From contig OX597842.1 in NCBI GenBank assembly GCA_951406725.2, positions 11,222,001 to 11,286,000 of the forward strand: 64,000 bases of DNA, read 5' to 3'. The stretch comes from Octopus vulgaris (lineage: Eukaryota). This document shows positions 32,106-44,489 of this stretch, piece after piece. The position numbers and the translations under genes were made by a program. Position 1 is the first letter of the stretch. Each line of letters opens with the position of its first letter. Below the pieces are notes generated by a model. It had not been told where the DNA came from. It made no database searches and worked only from the letters and a program-made list of their open reading frames with translations.

Positions 32106-32795
32106 CGAAAGGAATGTATCTTTCTGCCCATTTCCTTCCTAAAGATAAGACGTGCTTATACCTGTCTCCTCTCATAAGCTCGTCCCCCTAGCGATCATAA
32201 TAATTTTTCTATCGTCTTGGCTTAACAGCCCTCGCCGTTTGTTTTTACTGTCTTGTTTTCACTGTCCTGTTTTCGTTACCACTTTCACCCTCCACAAAAA
32301 AAATTCCAAATCTTATTTAATTTGCTTTGCGGGAAGGACTGTTTCAACGACGTCGCGTATTGTCCTAACCTTCGTAACGTAGAATAGATGAAACAGGGAC
32401 AATTGATGGAGGGAAATATTCTTTATGTTGTATGTCTCATTTCTCTGTTTTTTGTGTTGATCGTTTTCTGTTTTTGTTTTCGTTTTCGTTTCTCATTCTA
32501 TCCACGTTCTTTTTTTTTATGTCATTTTACCCATATATGCATGTATATATATATACAGATATATGTAGGTATGTATGTATATATGCATATATTTATATAT
32601 TATTTATATTATTACATATGTATATATATATTTATATATATATATAGTAAAAGCAATTAAGCCTGTTATAGGACTGTGCATCATTAGAGAACTTTGGAAG
32701 TATGCTTACAATCTAAATTTGCTTTTTGTAGAACTATCTTCGATACTTCATGAGTGTAGCCTCACCCACTAGGATGCTTGGAGAACCCATATGTG

Positions 32796-32886
32796 TTTTG
32801 GCCGATGAGTACGGGACACTTGTATTTGCTGCAATATTTGCAGTTTTTAATAAAGCTGGTCTTCGTATGAAAGAATTGTACTGAAA
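32796..32886 (+). ncRNA. Diverged paralogue of the 30598 hammerhead (element ~32645-32918)
   Basis: UUUUGG-CCGAUGA-GUAC...GUAU-GAAA-GAAUUG-UA/CUGAAA. Confidence 0.6.
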
Positions 32887-32939
32887 AACTAATCCATTCT
32901 TGTTGCTTTTGTCTTGTGTATATATATATATATATAGTG

Positions 32940-33620
32940 GTTGTCTACTCCTTATGCAGAGTCTGACCACCTCTAGTATTTACACCTTAGATCCGTCATG
33001 GCATCGGATGTGGGTTTTTTTAAAACCAGACAATATATTGAAAAGACACCCACATAGATTGCACATCCGATTTGGACCACCAAGAGCTGCAGTTCTCATC
33101 ATTGTAGATCTTAAAATGTTTCTATATTTGCAGACCTTAAGGTATGCTCGACTTTGAAAGGTATGTCCAGATATATAGGCCGAGTAGTTGTTGGTGGAGG
33201 TTCGTCTTCCATCGGTCCGCAAATGAGGTTTGAGACCAGCAAAAGAAAGTCATGGTCTGTCACAATCTGTGCACACAAAAAGGTCACTGAGATTCACCTT
33301 CTCGATCGTAACATTCTTCTTCAAATTTCTCTTGAGTCTTGCATGCATTATCCTGGCCTCCTCAAACGCAAATGGTTTCCATTCTATTTGGATCCATCTT
33401 AAGTGACTTCATCGCAGTCCTTGTGTCGTCCTCTCTTTAGGTTTACACCAACAGCATTTCCTCTCTGCCAGGTCGCCATAAAACTGCTGTTTGGGAGTTC
33501 GTTCATCCGCCATTCGAACAATATGGCCAGATCATCTCATTTGCTTTTTTCAGAATCATTGCTTTAATTAAAATGATGCCTGCAAACGCAACGACATCTG
33601 TATTTAAAGTACCAAAAACC
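32940..33620 (-). pseudogene. RTE-clade LINE 3' relic
   Basis: Minus frames give QMR*SGHIVRMADERTPKQQFYGDLAE (cf. QLRWAGHVVRM...PKQLFYGEL) and a terminal CNLC...THIRCH zinc finger. Confidence 0.72.
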
Positions 33621-33712
33621 CAATTTCATCGTGTCTCCAGCTGGCTTTAGGCACATTATCTGTGCCCTTATGGTATTTGCAAAGGGAGGTCATCCCTCTT
33701 TCGTAAACCCAA

Positions 33713-33771
33713 GTGATACGCACGGATTGCAGTTTCGAGGTATTTGCCTCTTGTCAACGTACGGTAATCAC
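33713..33771 (-). ncRNA. Type I hammerhead ribozyme, U3-A8 variant, in DR-bounded element 33627-34025
   Basis: GUGAUUAC-CGUACG-UUGACAA-GAGG-CAAAUA-CCUC-GAAA-CUGCAA-UC/CGUGCG-UAUCAC. ~40-bp diverged direct repeats at 33627-33670 and 33985-34025. Confidence 0.8.
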
Positions 33772-34296
33772 CGGTTTTCGATGAAGAGAGACCTGTTTGC
33801 GAATATTTATTTAATGTTTTTCCAGTAACTTCCGTCACTGATTTCGAAAAACTGTCTGCAAGCAATAATAAATATCTGAACGAGATGTAAACAATAACCG
33901 CTCGACATCGTAAAGTATCCTAGCCATCTCTATATGGCTAACCACTAAGGGTGGGTGTTACTGTAGCTTTTAGCCCCGGGAGATCATCGTCTCCTGCTGG
34001 CTTTAGGCACACTTTCGTGCCCTTATATATATATGTATATATATAAAGGACAATAGACAGCCAGTCAACCACAGTTGAAACATTCCTATCACAACCTGGG
34101 ACCTTGAAGACTGCTTTAATGCAAGAAAGTATACTAGTCCCTTAATATTTGATATTCAATATTTCATCTAATCAATAAGACAATCAATACTTCATTTCAT
34201 TATACTATATATACTATTCATACTATATATTCTATATTCTACATTAATAATATAAAGAATATAAATAAAACATAAAAAAGAGTTGGAATTTCTTTG

Positions 34297-34337
<41 letters not shown>

Positions 34338-34361
34338 CACACATCTGTGTATCTGTGTGTA

Positions 34362-34397
<36 letters not shown>

Positions 34398-34605
34398 ACA
34401 CACACACACACACATATATATATGTATAGCTGTTGGGGGTATTTGTCTCCCCTTCGTAAATATATAAGGACACAGGAAATGTGTCAAGGCAGACAGGAAG
34501 CGTCGATGCTTCCTAGGGCTAAACACCGGTGCTGTAATTCCCTTACAGGACCGTCACGTTAAGTTGACAGTATGCAACCACTCAATATATATGTATGTAT
34601 ATAAA

Positions 34606-34722
<117 letters not shown>

Positions 34723-35089
34723 TACGCAGTGATTTTGAAATCTTTAAGGACAACCCTTGTCATATTATTTCCCTTCGTGGACAATATTCGTTAATATGAT
34801 GCTGGAACGCATAAAGGAATTCAACACCGCGCAAGGCATGTCTACCAAATCCTAGATTAAGTATTGAAATACATCGAATGAGATTATTTTTTTTGTGAAA
34901 ACGAATCAGTCAAAAACTGATCCAGTTTTATTTTCTGCTATGATGACTGTACATACATGTAACGTAGTACAAATTTCTTTTCACACACATACGCACACAT
35001 ATATATATATATATATTTACCATTAATTAACAGTGAGAGAGAGATTTCGTATTAGAATTTTATGGTTCTCTACTCAACATTTAAACACA

Positions 35090-35697
35090 GTGGCTGTGTG
35101 GTAAGTAGCTTGCTTCCGTACTATATGGTTCCGGGTTCAGTCCCACTGTGTGGCACCTTGGGCAAATATCTTCTACTATAGCCTCGGTTCAACCAAAGCC
35201 ATTTGACTGCGGCCACGCTGGAGCACCGCCTTTAGTCGATCAAATTGACCGCAAGACTTATACTTTGTAAGCCTAGTACTTATTTATCGGTTCTTCTGCC
35301 GAAGCGCTAAGTTGCGGGGACATAAACATACCAGCATCGGTTGTCTTCTACTATAGCCTCGGGCCAACCAAAGCCATTTGACTGCGGCCATGCTGGATCA
35401 CCGCCTTTAGTCGATCAAATTGACCGCAAGACTTATACTTTGTAAGCCTAGTACTTATTTATCGGTTTCTTTTGCCGAAGCGCTAAGTTACGGGGACGTA
35501 AACACACCAGCATCGGTTGTCAAGCGATGTTGGGAGGACAAAGACAGACACATATATATATACATATACATATATACGACGGGCTTCTTTCAGTTTCCGT
35601 CTACAAAATCCTCTCACAAGGCTTTGGTCGGCCCGAGGCTATAGTAGAAGGCACTTGCCCAAGGTGCCACGCAGTGGGACTGAACCCGGAACCATGT
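35090..35697. mobile_element. Rearranged SINE family A (inverted head, duplicated junction)
   Basis: Plus-strand head 35090-35200 fused to a minus-strand tail; junction block repeated with ~175-bp period. Confidence 0.75.
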
Positions 35698-35805
35698 ATG
35701 TATGTATATATATATATATGTATAAGGATGAAAAGGAACAGACGAGTTGATATATATGAAAAAACAAGTCAAGATAGAAAATGCTAAAATAATTTTATAA
35801 AGAAC

Positions 35806-35850
35806 ATTTCAGTACCGGTTTCGGTCATTTGAGACCTTTTCAACTGTAAC
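35806..35850 (-). ncRNA. Type I hammerhead ribozyme, U3-A8 variant
   Basis: GUUACAG-UUGAAAA-GGUC-UCAAAU-GACC-GAAA-CCGG-UA/CUGAAAU with palindromic stem III ACCGGU. Confidence 0.82.
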
Positions 35851-35992
35851 GATTAAATAATTAGATTTAGAAAAATTAAAAGAAAAGTTTTTTTAAAGGA
35901 ATATTTGTATAGTGTTCAAATATAAGTGGCATTTTCCTTGTCTCTGCCTTGATCTGTCTCTCTTGTTCACCCTTGTGGGTTCGAGGTCCTTG

Positions 35993-36065
<73 letters not shown>

Positions 36066-36157
36066 TGTATGTATGTATGTGTGTGTTTGTGTGTGTGTAA
36101 TCTATACGTGTGTATATATGCGTATAATATATATATACTGTTTTTTTTGTAATAGAT

Positions 36158-36217
<60 letters not shown>

Positions 36218-36392
36218 ATATGTATGTATGTATATATGTATGTATGTACGTATGAAGAAAAGAAGAGTAAAGTTACAGCTTGCTAAAATTGTAGTCAGCT
36301 CATTATTACTGTTTCAAAAGAGTAATAAATACTTCACATATATATGTATATTTTTATGTATGCATATATAACTATATATGGTAATATATATT

Positions 36393-36424
<32 letters not shown>

Positions 36425-36573
36425 CGTGTGATATCAATTTAATACTTTCTGTATACATGTGTATATGTATTTACCATTATATTAGGTATGTGTGTGTGAG
36501 TGTGTATAACGTGCATACATGTATATATGTATCTGCTTGTGCGTCTGAGTACTATGTAATCATTTCTATATAC

Positions 36574-36641
<68 letters not shown>

Positions 36642-36658
36642 CTGTATATATATATATC

Positions 36659-36699
<41 letters not shown>

Positions 36700-36718
36700 G
36701 TATATATATATATCTGTA

Positions 36719-36752
<34 letters not shown>

Positions 36753-36972
36753 CGTACATACGTGTGTGTGTGTTGTGTGTCTAGATATATGCATTTGTGA
36801 GAGGACGTGTGTGTGGGGGGGAGGAGGCATGCGTGCGTGATTGCGCGTGCGTGTAATATATAATCATTTCCCTGCATTGAACAGCACCAATATTATTTAT
36901 CGATCTGTTCCCTGACAGCTGAGATGAGATTCGCCCTCTCTCTCTCTCTCTCTCTCTCTCTAGCTGCAGTGC

Positions 36973-36986
36973 GTTGCCATGACAAC
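36973..36986. promoter_or_regulatory. Candidate RFX X-box
   Basis: GTTGCCATGACAAC matches GTHNYY-AT-RRNAAC inside a non-repetitive island (36840-37075). Confidence 0.35.
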
Positions 36987-37100
36987 TGCGCCCCCTAAGG
37001 TGTTCTTGAAAAACGTGATGGTAACCGGAAACCCCGAGTGGAAACGGAGAGAAGCGTCGCTTCTGTATGCTCCAGGTGTGTGTGTGTGTGTGTGTGTGTG

Positions 37101-37122
37101 TGTAAGTTCATCAGCGTTCGTG

Positions 37123-37183
<61 letters not shown>

Positions 37184-37236
37184 GTATATATATATGTGTG
37201 TGTGTGTGTGTGTAAGTTCATCAGCGTTCGTGTATG

Positions 37237-37291
<55 letters not shown>

Positions 37292-37314
37292 AAGTTCATC
37301 AGCGTTCGTGTATG

Positions 37315-37375
<61 letters not shown>

Positions 37376-37410
37376 CTGTGTGTAAGTTCATCAGCGTTCG
37401 TGTATGTATA
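37101..37410. repeat. Composite tandem repeat: 4 x TGTAAGTTCATCAGCGTTCGTGTATGTA separated by variable (TA)n(TG)n
   Basis: Units at ~37101, 37211, 37289 and 37381. Confidence 0.9.
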
Positions 37411-37430
37411 TATGTATATATATATATATC

Positions 37431-37472
<42 letters not shown>

Positions 37473-37934
37473 CGTGTGTGTGTGTGTATACATACACATA
37501 TATATGTGTGTGAGTGTATATATGTATATATATATATATATATATATTTACCTTTTACTTGGTGCAATCATTAGAGTGCGCCCTTGCTGGTGCACCGCCT
37601 TGAAGAACTTTTAGTCGAGTGCATCCCCCACCGACCTACATCAGTACTTACTTTTCATGAGCCTGGTACTTATCTTTCCGGGAACTTTTGCCGAACTGCT
37701 AGGTTACTGGGAAATAAACAAACCAGCATCGGTTGCCAAACGGTCGAGGGGGAGAACACAGATAGACAGACACACACACACACACAGACACACATACTTA
37801 TATATATATATATATACCACCGTGATCACCGTGACCGACCAGACCATCAGATGTTGCTACACATCGCTGGTCACAATGCGCTTCGCATTGTTTTAGCCTT
37901 CAAATGACGCCACCCCGCTGGCTAAGCGAGCAGG

Positions 37935-38025
<91 letters not shown>

Positions 38026-38028
<3 letters not shown>

Positions 38029-38396
38029 CACTTCGACGGTTGCGACGACGAGGGTTCCAGTTGATCCAATCAACGGAACAGCTTGCTCGTGAAATTAACG
38101 AGCAAGTGGCTGAGTACTTCACAGACACATGTACCCTTAACGTAGATCACAGGGAGGTTCAGTGTGACACAGAGTGTGACAAGGCTGGCCCCTTTGAAAT
38201 ACAGGTACAACAGAAACAGGCAGAATGAGTGAGAGAAAGTTGTGGTGAAAGAGTACAGTAGGGATCGCCAGCACCCCGTGACGGAGTCTCGTGGAGCTTT
38301 AGGTGTTTTCGCTCAGTAAACACTCACAACGGTCGGTCTGGGAATCGAAACCGCGATCGTATGACCGCGAGTCCGCTGCCCTAACCACTGGGCCAT
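38026..38396 (-). mobile_element. tRNA-derived SINE family C
   Basis: Head TGGCCCAGTGGTTAGGGCAGCGGACTCGCGGTC...GGTTTCGATTCCC; homologous to 49729-50110. Confidence 0.85.
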
Positions 38397-38742
38397 AAAT
38401 AATATATCTCTGTGTGTGTATGTGTGTGTGTGTGCAACGGGCTTCTTTCAGTTTCTCTCTAACCAAATTCACTCACAAAGATTTAGTCGGGCCGAGGCTA
38501 TAGTAGACACTTTCTCAAGGTGCCATGCAGTGGGACTGAATCCGGAACCATATGTTTGGGAAGCACGTTTCTTACCACGTAGCCACGCCATATATATATC
38601 ACCGTGGTCACCGTGACCGACCAGGCTATCAGATGTTGCTACACATCGCTGGTCACAATGCACTTCGCATTGTTTTAGCCTTCAAATGACGCCACCCCGC
38701 TGGCTAAGCGAGCAGGCTTTTATATATATATATATATATATA

Positions 38743-39681
38743 TAAGTAATACTAAGCAATAAAGGGTTTAGCAACGAATTGCCTTACCACAGACCGAATT
38801 TAGAAATAGCAGTCAAAGAGTTATAGCTATTTCTTCTACTAAAGAGGGAGATCTCAGTAAAAAACACAGCAATTGGAAGGCAGACACAAACAGGTAAGAG
38901 AGAATGAATTGACGGCAATCTATCATACAATTTTAAGTTATCTACGGACGCACGTTTCGAAATCAAGTTTTTAGGAAAGCATAAGAATTAAATATTACTT
39001 AAATTTTCCTCGAATGAGGCTTTTACATGCCGAAGACTACTTGGTGTAATTGATAATTATTCCAAATTAATTAATTTCACCCTTCATTATTACGGATAAC
39101 CATATTTTATCTCAGTAGATGACCATAGCATCTTGTTTTGGCTACACGCGGGTGGGAAGGGGCTGGTGACACAATCCTTTCATTCACACTTTGAGTTTGG
39201 TGATACTAGTTGCGGATTCTAGCTCGCTCTGATACTGAGTTGAGTTGGTGCCTTCTAGTATCTCAAAATTCAATATATAATCACTTATGATTATAGTATT
39301 CTACGCTGAAGAGAAAAGAAGTTTGGGTAATGTAGAATTATTTAATATTTAATTCTTATGCTTTCCTAAAAACTTGATTTCGAAACGTGCGTCCGTAGAT
39401 AACTTAAAATTGTATGATAGATTGCCGTCAATTCATTCTCTCTTACCTGTTTGTGTCTGCCTTCCAATTGCTGTGTTTTTTACTGAGATCTCCCTTTTTA
39501 GTAGAAGAAATAGCTATAACTCTTTGACTGCTATTTCTAAATTCGGTCTGTGGTAAGGCAATTCGTTGCTTAACCCTTTATTGCTTAGTATTACTTAAAT
39601 TTTCCTCGAATGAGGCTTTTACATGCCGAAGACTACTTGGTGTAATTGATAATTATTCCAAATTAATTAATTTCACCCTTC

Positions 39682-39686
<5 letters not shown>
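38743..39686 (+). mobile_element. HHR mini-element: 254-bp inverted copy + 596-bp monomer + 98-bp direct repeat
   Basis: IR 38743-38996 / 39344-39597; DR 38993-39090 / 39589-39686; flanked by (TA)n on both sides. Confidence 0.9.
39300..39399 (+). ncRNA. Type I hammerhead ribozyme
   Basis: UCUACG-CUGAAGA-GAAA...UUUC-GAAA-CGUGCG-UC/CGUAGA. Perfect 6-bp stem I; GUC cleavage predicted after 39393. Confidence 0.87.
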
Positions 39687-39749
<63 letters not shown>

Positions 39750-39843
39750 ATCCAAACAAGAAAACACAAAAAAACACAGCAACGCGAAGACGTGGAACAA
39801 ATAAAGTATTATTGGACGCTCAGGAAAGGAGGAAAGAACGAGG

Positions 39844-39878
39844 GTTTAACGTTTCGATCGGAGCTCTTCGTCGGAAAC
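39844..39878 (-). ncRNA. Minimal hammerhead-like motif (CCGACGA core) in element ~39746-39960
   Basis: GUUU-CCGACGA-A-GAGC-UCC-GAUC-GAAA-CG-UU/AAAC. Paralogue at 49197. Confidence 0.6.
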
Positions 39879-39958
39879 AAAGGAGAAGGAAAGATTCCGA
39901 GAAAGGAAGACAGAGGAAAAGAATTGCTGGCGGTGCTCACGAGGTCACATGTTGAGGT

Positions 39959-40019
<61 letters not shown>

Positions 40020-40021
<2 letters not shown>

Positions 40022-40533
40022 TCACAATCAAGGAACGGCCATAATAGGCCATTCACCCACTAGAAATAACAGCCAAAGCTTCAACCGCAAAATAACATTA
40101 ATTCCGTAAACCAGGAGAAAATTAAAAAACATTTACCCTGTAATTTCTTATACGATGCACCGTTTCATCTACTGTTTAATGGTAAACTAACCTGATTAAA
40201 TTAAATCAAGCCAATCTTCCATATGCCCTTAGATTCGTCAGTAAGAAATAGCCAGATCGGAACAGGTTAGTTTACCATTAAACAGTAGATGAAACGGTGC
40301 ATCGTATAAGAAATTACAGGGTAAATGTTTTTTAATTTTCTCCTGGTTTACGGAATTAATGTTATTTTGCGGTTGAAGCTTTGGCTGTTATTTCTAGTGG
40401 GTGAATGGCCTATTATGGCCGTTCCTTGATTGTGATGTTGAACTTAAAAATGGTCTATGACTATTTAAATTTTTTCCCACTAGGCCGCTGGTGGCAAAAA
40501 AATTCTACAAAATTTTTTGCCACCCTATATTGA

Positions 40534-40535
<2 letters not shown>
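40020..40535. mobile_element. HHR mini-element with 175-bp inverted repeat
   Basis: 40020-40194 is the reverse complement of 40263-40437; flanked by (TA)n. Confidence 0.88.
40143..40249 (-). ncRNA. Type I hammerhead ribozyme
   Basis: AUUUCUUA-CUGACGA-AUCUA...UAGAU-GAAA-CGGUGCAUCG-UA/UAAGAAAU. Perfect 8-bp stem I, 5-bp stem II base, near-palindromic stem III, GUA triplet. Confidence 0.9.
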
Positions 40536-40564
<29 letters not shown>

Positions 40565-40953
40565 CAGTGGTTGGACAAAATAATAGAAAGACCTAGCATT
40601 TTAGCATCATAATTCTGAAGTATCTACAAAGCAGTCAAAAGATTGTTTATGTTTATGTTTTTTGATTTATTATTAGTGTTGCTTAATATATTTTGCTAAA
40701 TTGCTGTTCCTTTTCAGATATCATCAGAAAAAAGGTAATTAAAATTCATTAAAATGACAGATCTATCGGACTTGTTGGAGCTCTTATGGTTGCAGAACTA
40801 ATTCAAGAGGGAAATGCACTCTTTCGGGATAACAATGCACCAATTCACACAGCTAAAGATGTCACTGAATGGCACGAGGAACATTCTAGTGAAGTTGAAC
40901 ATCTTATCTGGCCACCACAGTCCCCAGATCTCAATAGTATTGAACATTTAGGG
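40565..40953 (+). pseudogene. Tc1 (DD34E-type) transposon relic
   Basis: TA|CAGTGGTTGGACAAAATAAT terminus, then DNNAPIHTAK.VTEWHEEHSSEVEHLIWPPQSPDLNSIEHL. Confidence 0.82.
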
Positions 40954-41028
40954 TGCTAAGAATCTCGGGCGGCGTGCTAACGACCCCGCCAGCTCGCCGC
41001 CTTCAATGTCATTTATCATAGTAATACA

Positions 41029-41634
41029 TCTTTATATATAAAAGTCAAGTTGTTTGTCTGTCTCCTACGATTTTGATTCCTAACTACTCCCACATTTTGC
41101 GGTGCAGTTTAACCAAATTCGGGTATCTTATTGTCGTGATTCATATCGAGCCCTTCTGGGTATTAGCGCGCGTCTACGATGAGTCTACGATTTAAAAATA
41201 AAATTTACCATGATTTTTTTCCATTTTAATGCATTTTTTTCGCTATTAAATAAGGGAAGTAACTCTCTAAAAATGTTTGCGATGAGTCAACGATATTTCA
41301 AAAAAATTTATCATCATTTTTCTCATTTTAATGCATTTTTTTCGCTATTAAATAAGGGAAGTAACTCTCTAAAAATGTCTACGACGAGTCTACGATTTAA
41401 AAAAAAAATTTACCATCATTTTTTCCCATTTTAATGCATTTTTTTCGCTATTAAATAAGGGAAGTAACTCTCAAAAAATGTCTGCGATGAGTCAACGATT
41501 TTAAAAAAAATTTACCATAATTTTTTTTCCATTTTTAATGCATTTTTTTTTGCTATTTTTTGGCTATAACCCTCTAAAAATACTTTATAGTTATTTCCCT
41601 TACAAAGCCGAGCAACGCCGGGCGATACTGCTAG
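41029..41634 (+). mobile_element. Non-autonomous Helitron
   Basis: A|TCTTTATATATAAAAG 5' end, subterminal hairpin GCCGAGCAACGCCGGGC, CTAG|T 3' end, internal ~106-bp tandem repeats. Confidence 0.82.
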
Positions 41635-42315
41635 TTGTGTATACATGATGTGTCTGCTTGTTTCCTTCGTGTCATCTATCATATTAATCTCGTTGTCTGC
41701 CTCCAATCATCTCCATTACAAACATCGTTAATTTTATTTACAACACACACTTTATCTTTATATCTTTTTAAGATGACACACTCTATCGTCCTTTCCCTTT
41801 TTACTCTTCATCTTTGTCTATCTCCCTCCGTCTACATCTCTCCCCACCTCCTTACCTTATCCTCGTCCCTCGAACGAGTTCCTAATCGTATCGCCGTGAT
41901 TATAAGGCTTGCAATAGTTTCCGCCACAGACTTTCCTAGCCATCTTCGTTCGTTGGGTCATTTTGCACTCTGTCCTCGATTAAGAGAAATGCTATGTGCT
42001 GTTACTTCTCTTTCTTCTCCCGCAATAAAAAACCACCAGGTTTCCTGCATGCTATGATGGTGCATCAACAAAAAAACAACTATAGTCAACCTCAACTCAT
42101 CTATATTATTGTGTGTATATATATATATATATATATATACGTTTAAATATTTGTTGTGCAAGATTTTTTATGTGAAGTCGTGTGTTGAAACAGATATTGT
42201 TATATTTCGGAATGGTCATTTTGCCAGTTTAGCCAATAAAAACACACGCACTATATATTTGGTGTTACTTTGCTTCAGTGATATTTATTTTTTACATTAA
42301 TCTTAATCTTATTTC

Positions 42316-42360
42316 GGCCAGAGTTCTTTCGTCACACTCCTGTTACCTCATCAGTGGTCC
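42316..42360 (-). ncRNA. Hammerhead ribozyme in element ~42142-42752 (~65-bp inverted repeat)
   Basis: GGACCA-CUGAUGA-G-GUAAC-AGGAGU-GUGAC-GAAA-GAAC-UC/UGGCC. IR ~42195-42260 / 42686-42752. Confidence 0.75.
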
Positions 42361-42869
42361 TTTGTTTTCTTCTCACTTACTTGTGTCTCTCCTTACTAAC
42401 CGTCAGCCATTTTTTATTTCTATTGTATGTCTTCATTTGCGCATGCTTATATCTCTATGTGCGTCTATGTTTATTTAGTGTGTGTGTGGGGGGATGCCTG
42501 TAATATTTGTATCTTCTGTTTATATATGTTCATGTAATTTGTATTTTGTTTTTGTTGTTTTTGTTTATTCTTATTTTGTTCATGTGTTTACATCCACTTA
42601 TTATTATCATTACATATGCTTGTATGTATGTATGAATGTATAACAACAATACTAGTAATAATAATAATAAATCGAATCGAAAAAAAATATATATAGTGCG
42701 TGTGTTTTTATTGGCTAAACTGGCAATATGACCATTCCGAAATATAACAATATATATATATATATATATATAATGGGAAGGTTTACGAAAATAAACAAAA
42801 GACGAAGGCAGGTGGAGTACAAACAAACAATTGTATTAGTATGGCGCTCAGGAATAGAAATAGAACAAG

Positions 42870-42907
42870 TCTTTTACGTTTCGAGCCTACGCTCTTCGAC
42901 AGAAAGA
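42870..42907 (-). ncRNA. Minimal hammerhead-like motif (CUGUCGA core)
   Basis: UCUUU-CUGUCGA-A-GAGC-GUAG-GCUC-GAAA-CG-UA/AAAGA. A decayed inverted relative lies at 43386-43423. Confidence 0.62.
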
Positions 42908-43509
42908 TACACAGAAAAAAATAAGGAGAGAAAAAATGCGTGTAGGAGCTAACGATCTATCATGGCGTTCTGACTTCAGGCAGAGGTCAGAGGTCAGAGG
43001 TCAGACGTTAGAAGCTAGAGGGACAGTAGGGGAGATAACAGGGTCAAGTGACTTCCAAAACGAAGGTGACCCCAACACAAAGGTGCGTGTGTGTATAAGA
43101 GAGTATGTATGTGCGTGTGAAAGAGGGCGGGTGGTCTGGACGTGTGTATGTATGTGTGGGTGTGGAGATATGGGGATGGGTGTGTGGGTGGTGTGTTCTG
43201 ATGTGATATGTGTATGTATGTGTAGGTGTAAAGATGTGGGGATGGGTGTGTGGGCGTTGTGCTGTGGGTGGTGTGTTGTGATGCGATGTGTAATATATAT
43301 ATACATATGCACACGTACATACACATATTGATCGCTAGCTCCAAAATTTTTTTTTAAATTCTCTCTCTGTTTATTTTCTCGTTTTCCTTTCTGCTGGAGA
43401 ACGTAGGCTCGAAACGTAAAAGACTTTCTCACCTTCCCGAGCGTTAAACTAATACATATATTTGGGATTTATACACCTGTTTTCGTCTTTTGTTTTTCTG
43501 TAAAATTTC

Positions 43510-43563
<54 letters not shown>

Positions 43564-43652
43564 GGTATTTGTATTTATAGCAATTTAATGCATCCCGTCG
43601 GTTTCCGAATATCAGTTCATGCAATTGATAAAACCGCATTATTTATGGGATG

Positions 43653-43759
<107 letters not shown>

Positions 43760-43936
43760 TATATAAAATAATAGTTATCGCCATACTAATATGGCATTCT
43801 TATAAAAATAAGAAAAAAGCTGTCCGCCTATTAGCTCCATGAGGCCATCGCCTTAAGTTAGCTATTTGATACACAAACTGTATCCATATAACCTTCGAAC
43901 AAGGGAGGTCAGTCGCTCCACACTACTTGACCGGCA

Positions 43937-43978
43937 GCTACAGACGCGTTTCGGGGTATTGCCCCTTTTCAATGCAGC
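43937..43978 (-). ncRNA. Type I hammerhead ribozyme, U3-A8 variant (inverted copy)
   Basis: Exact reverse complement of 44102-44143. Confidence 0.85.
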
Positions 43979-44101
43979 GTAGAGAGACTTAGTTATTTTA
44001 ATATTTCTATTATTGAAAACAAGTGGATGTATTCCACCGAAACTAGGTAAATAAAACCATCGAACAGAGATTGTCGGAAGCGACACCTACTGGCTGGCTA
44101 C

Positions 44102-44143
44102 GCTGCATTGAAAAGGGGCAATACCCCGAAACGCGTCTGTAGC
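44102..44143 (+). ncRNA. Type I hammerhead ribozyme, U3-A8 variant
   Basis: GCUGCA-UUGAAAA-GGGG-CAAUA-CCCC-GAAA-CGCG-UC/UGUAGC. Palindromic ACGCGU stem III; cleavage predicted after 44137. Confidence 0.87.
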
Positions 44144-44370
44144 TGCCGGTCAAGTAGTGTGGAGCGACTGACCTCCCTTGTTCGAAGGTTATATGGATAC
44201 AGTTTGTGTATCAAATAGCTAACTTAAGGCGATGGCCTCATGGAGCTAATAAGCGGACAGCTTTTTTCTTATTTTTATAAGAATGCCATATTAGTATGGC
44301 GATAACTATTATTTTCCGGGAACGCTGCCGCTGTTCTCTTTTAGAGAGACTTAGTTATTTTAATATTTCT

Positions 44371-44489
<119 letters not shown>

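Noticed and set aside
37101-37410. CRISPR-like repeat-spacer look, and CTGATGA on the minus strand of each unit
   Set aside because: Eukaryotic DNA, spacers are microsatellites, no cas genes. No stem II or GAAA follows the CTGATGA, so it is not an HHR.
38784-39556. Two identical 60-aa ORFs on opposite strands
   Set aside because: Consequence of the 254-bp inverted repeat; TTG start and no protein features.
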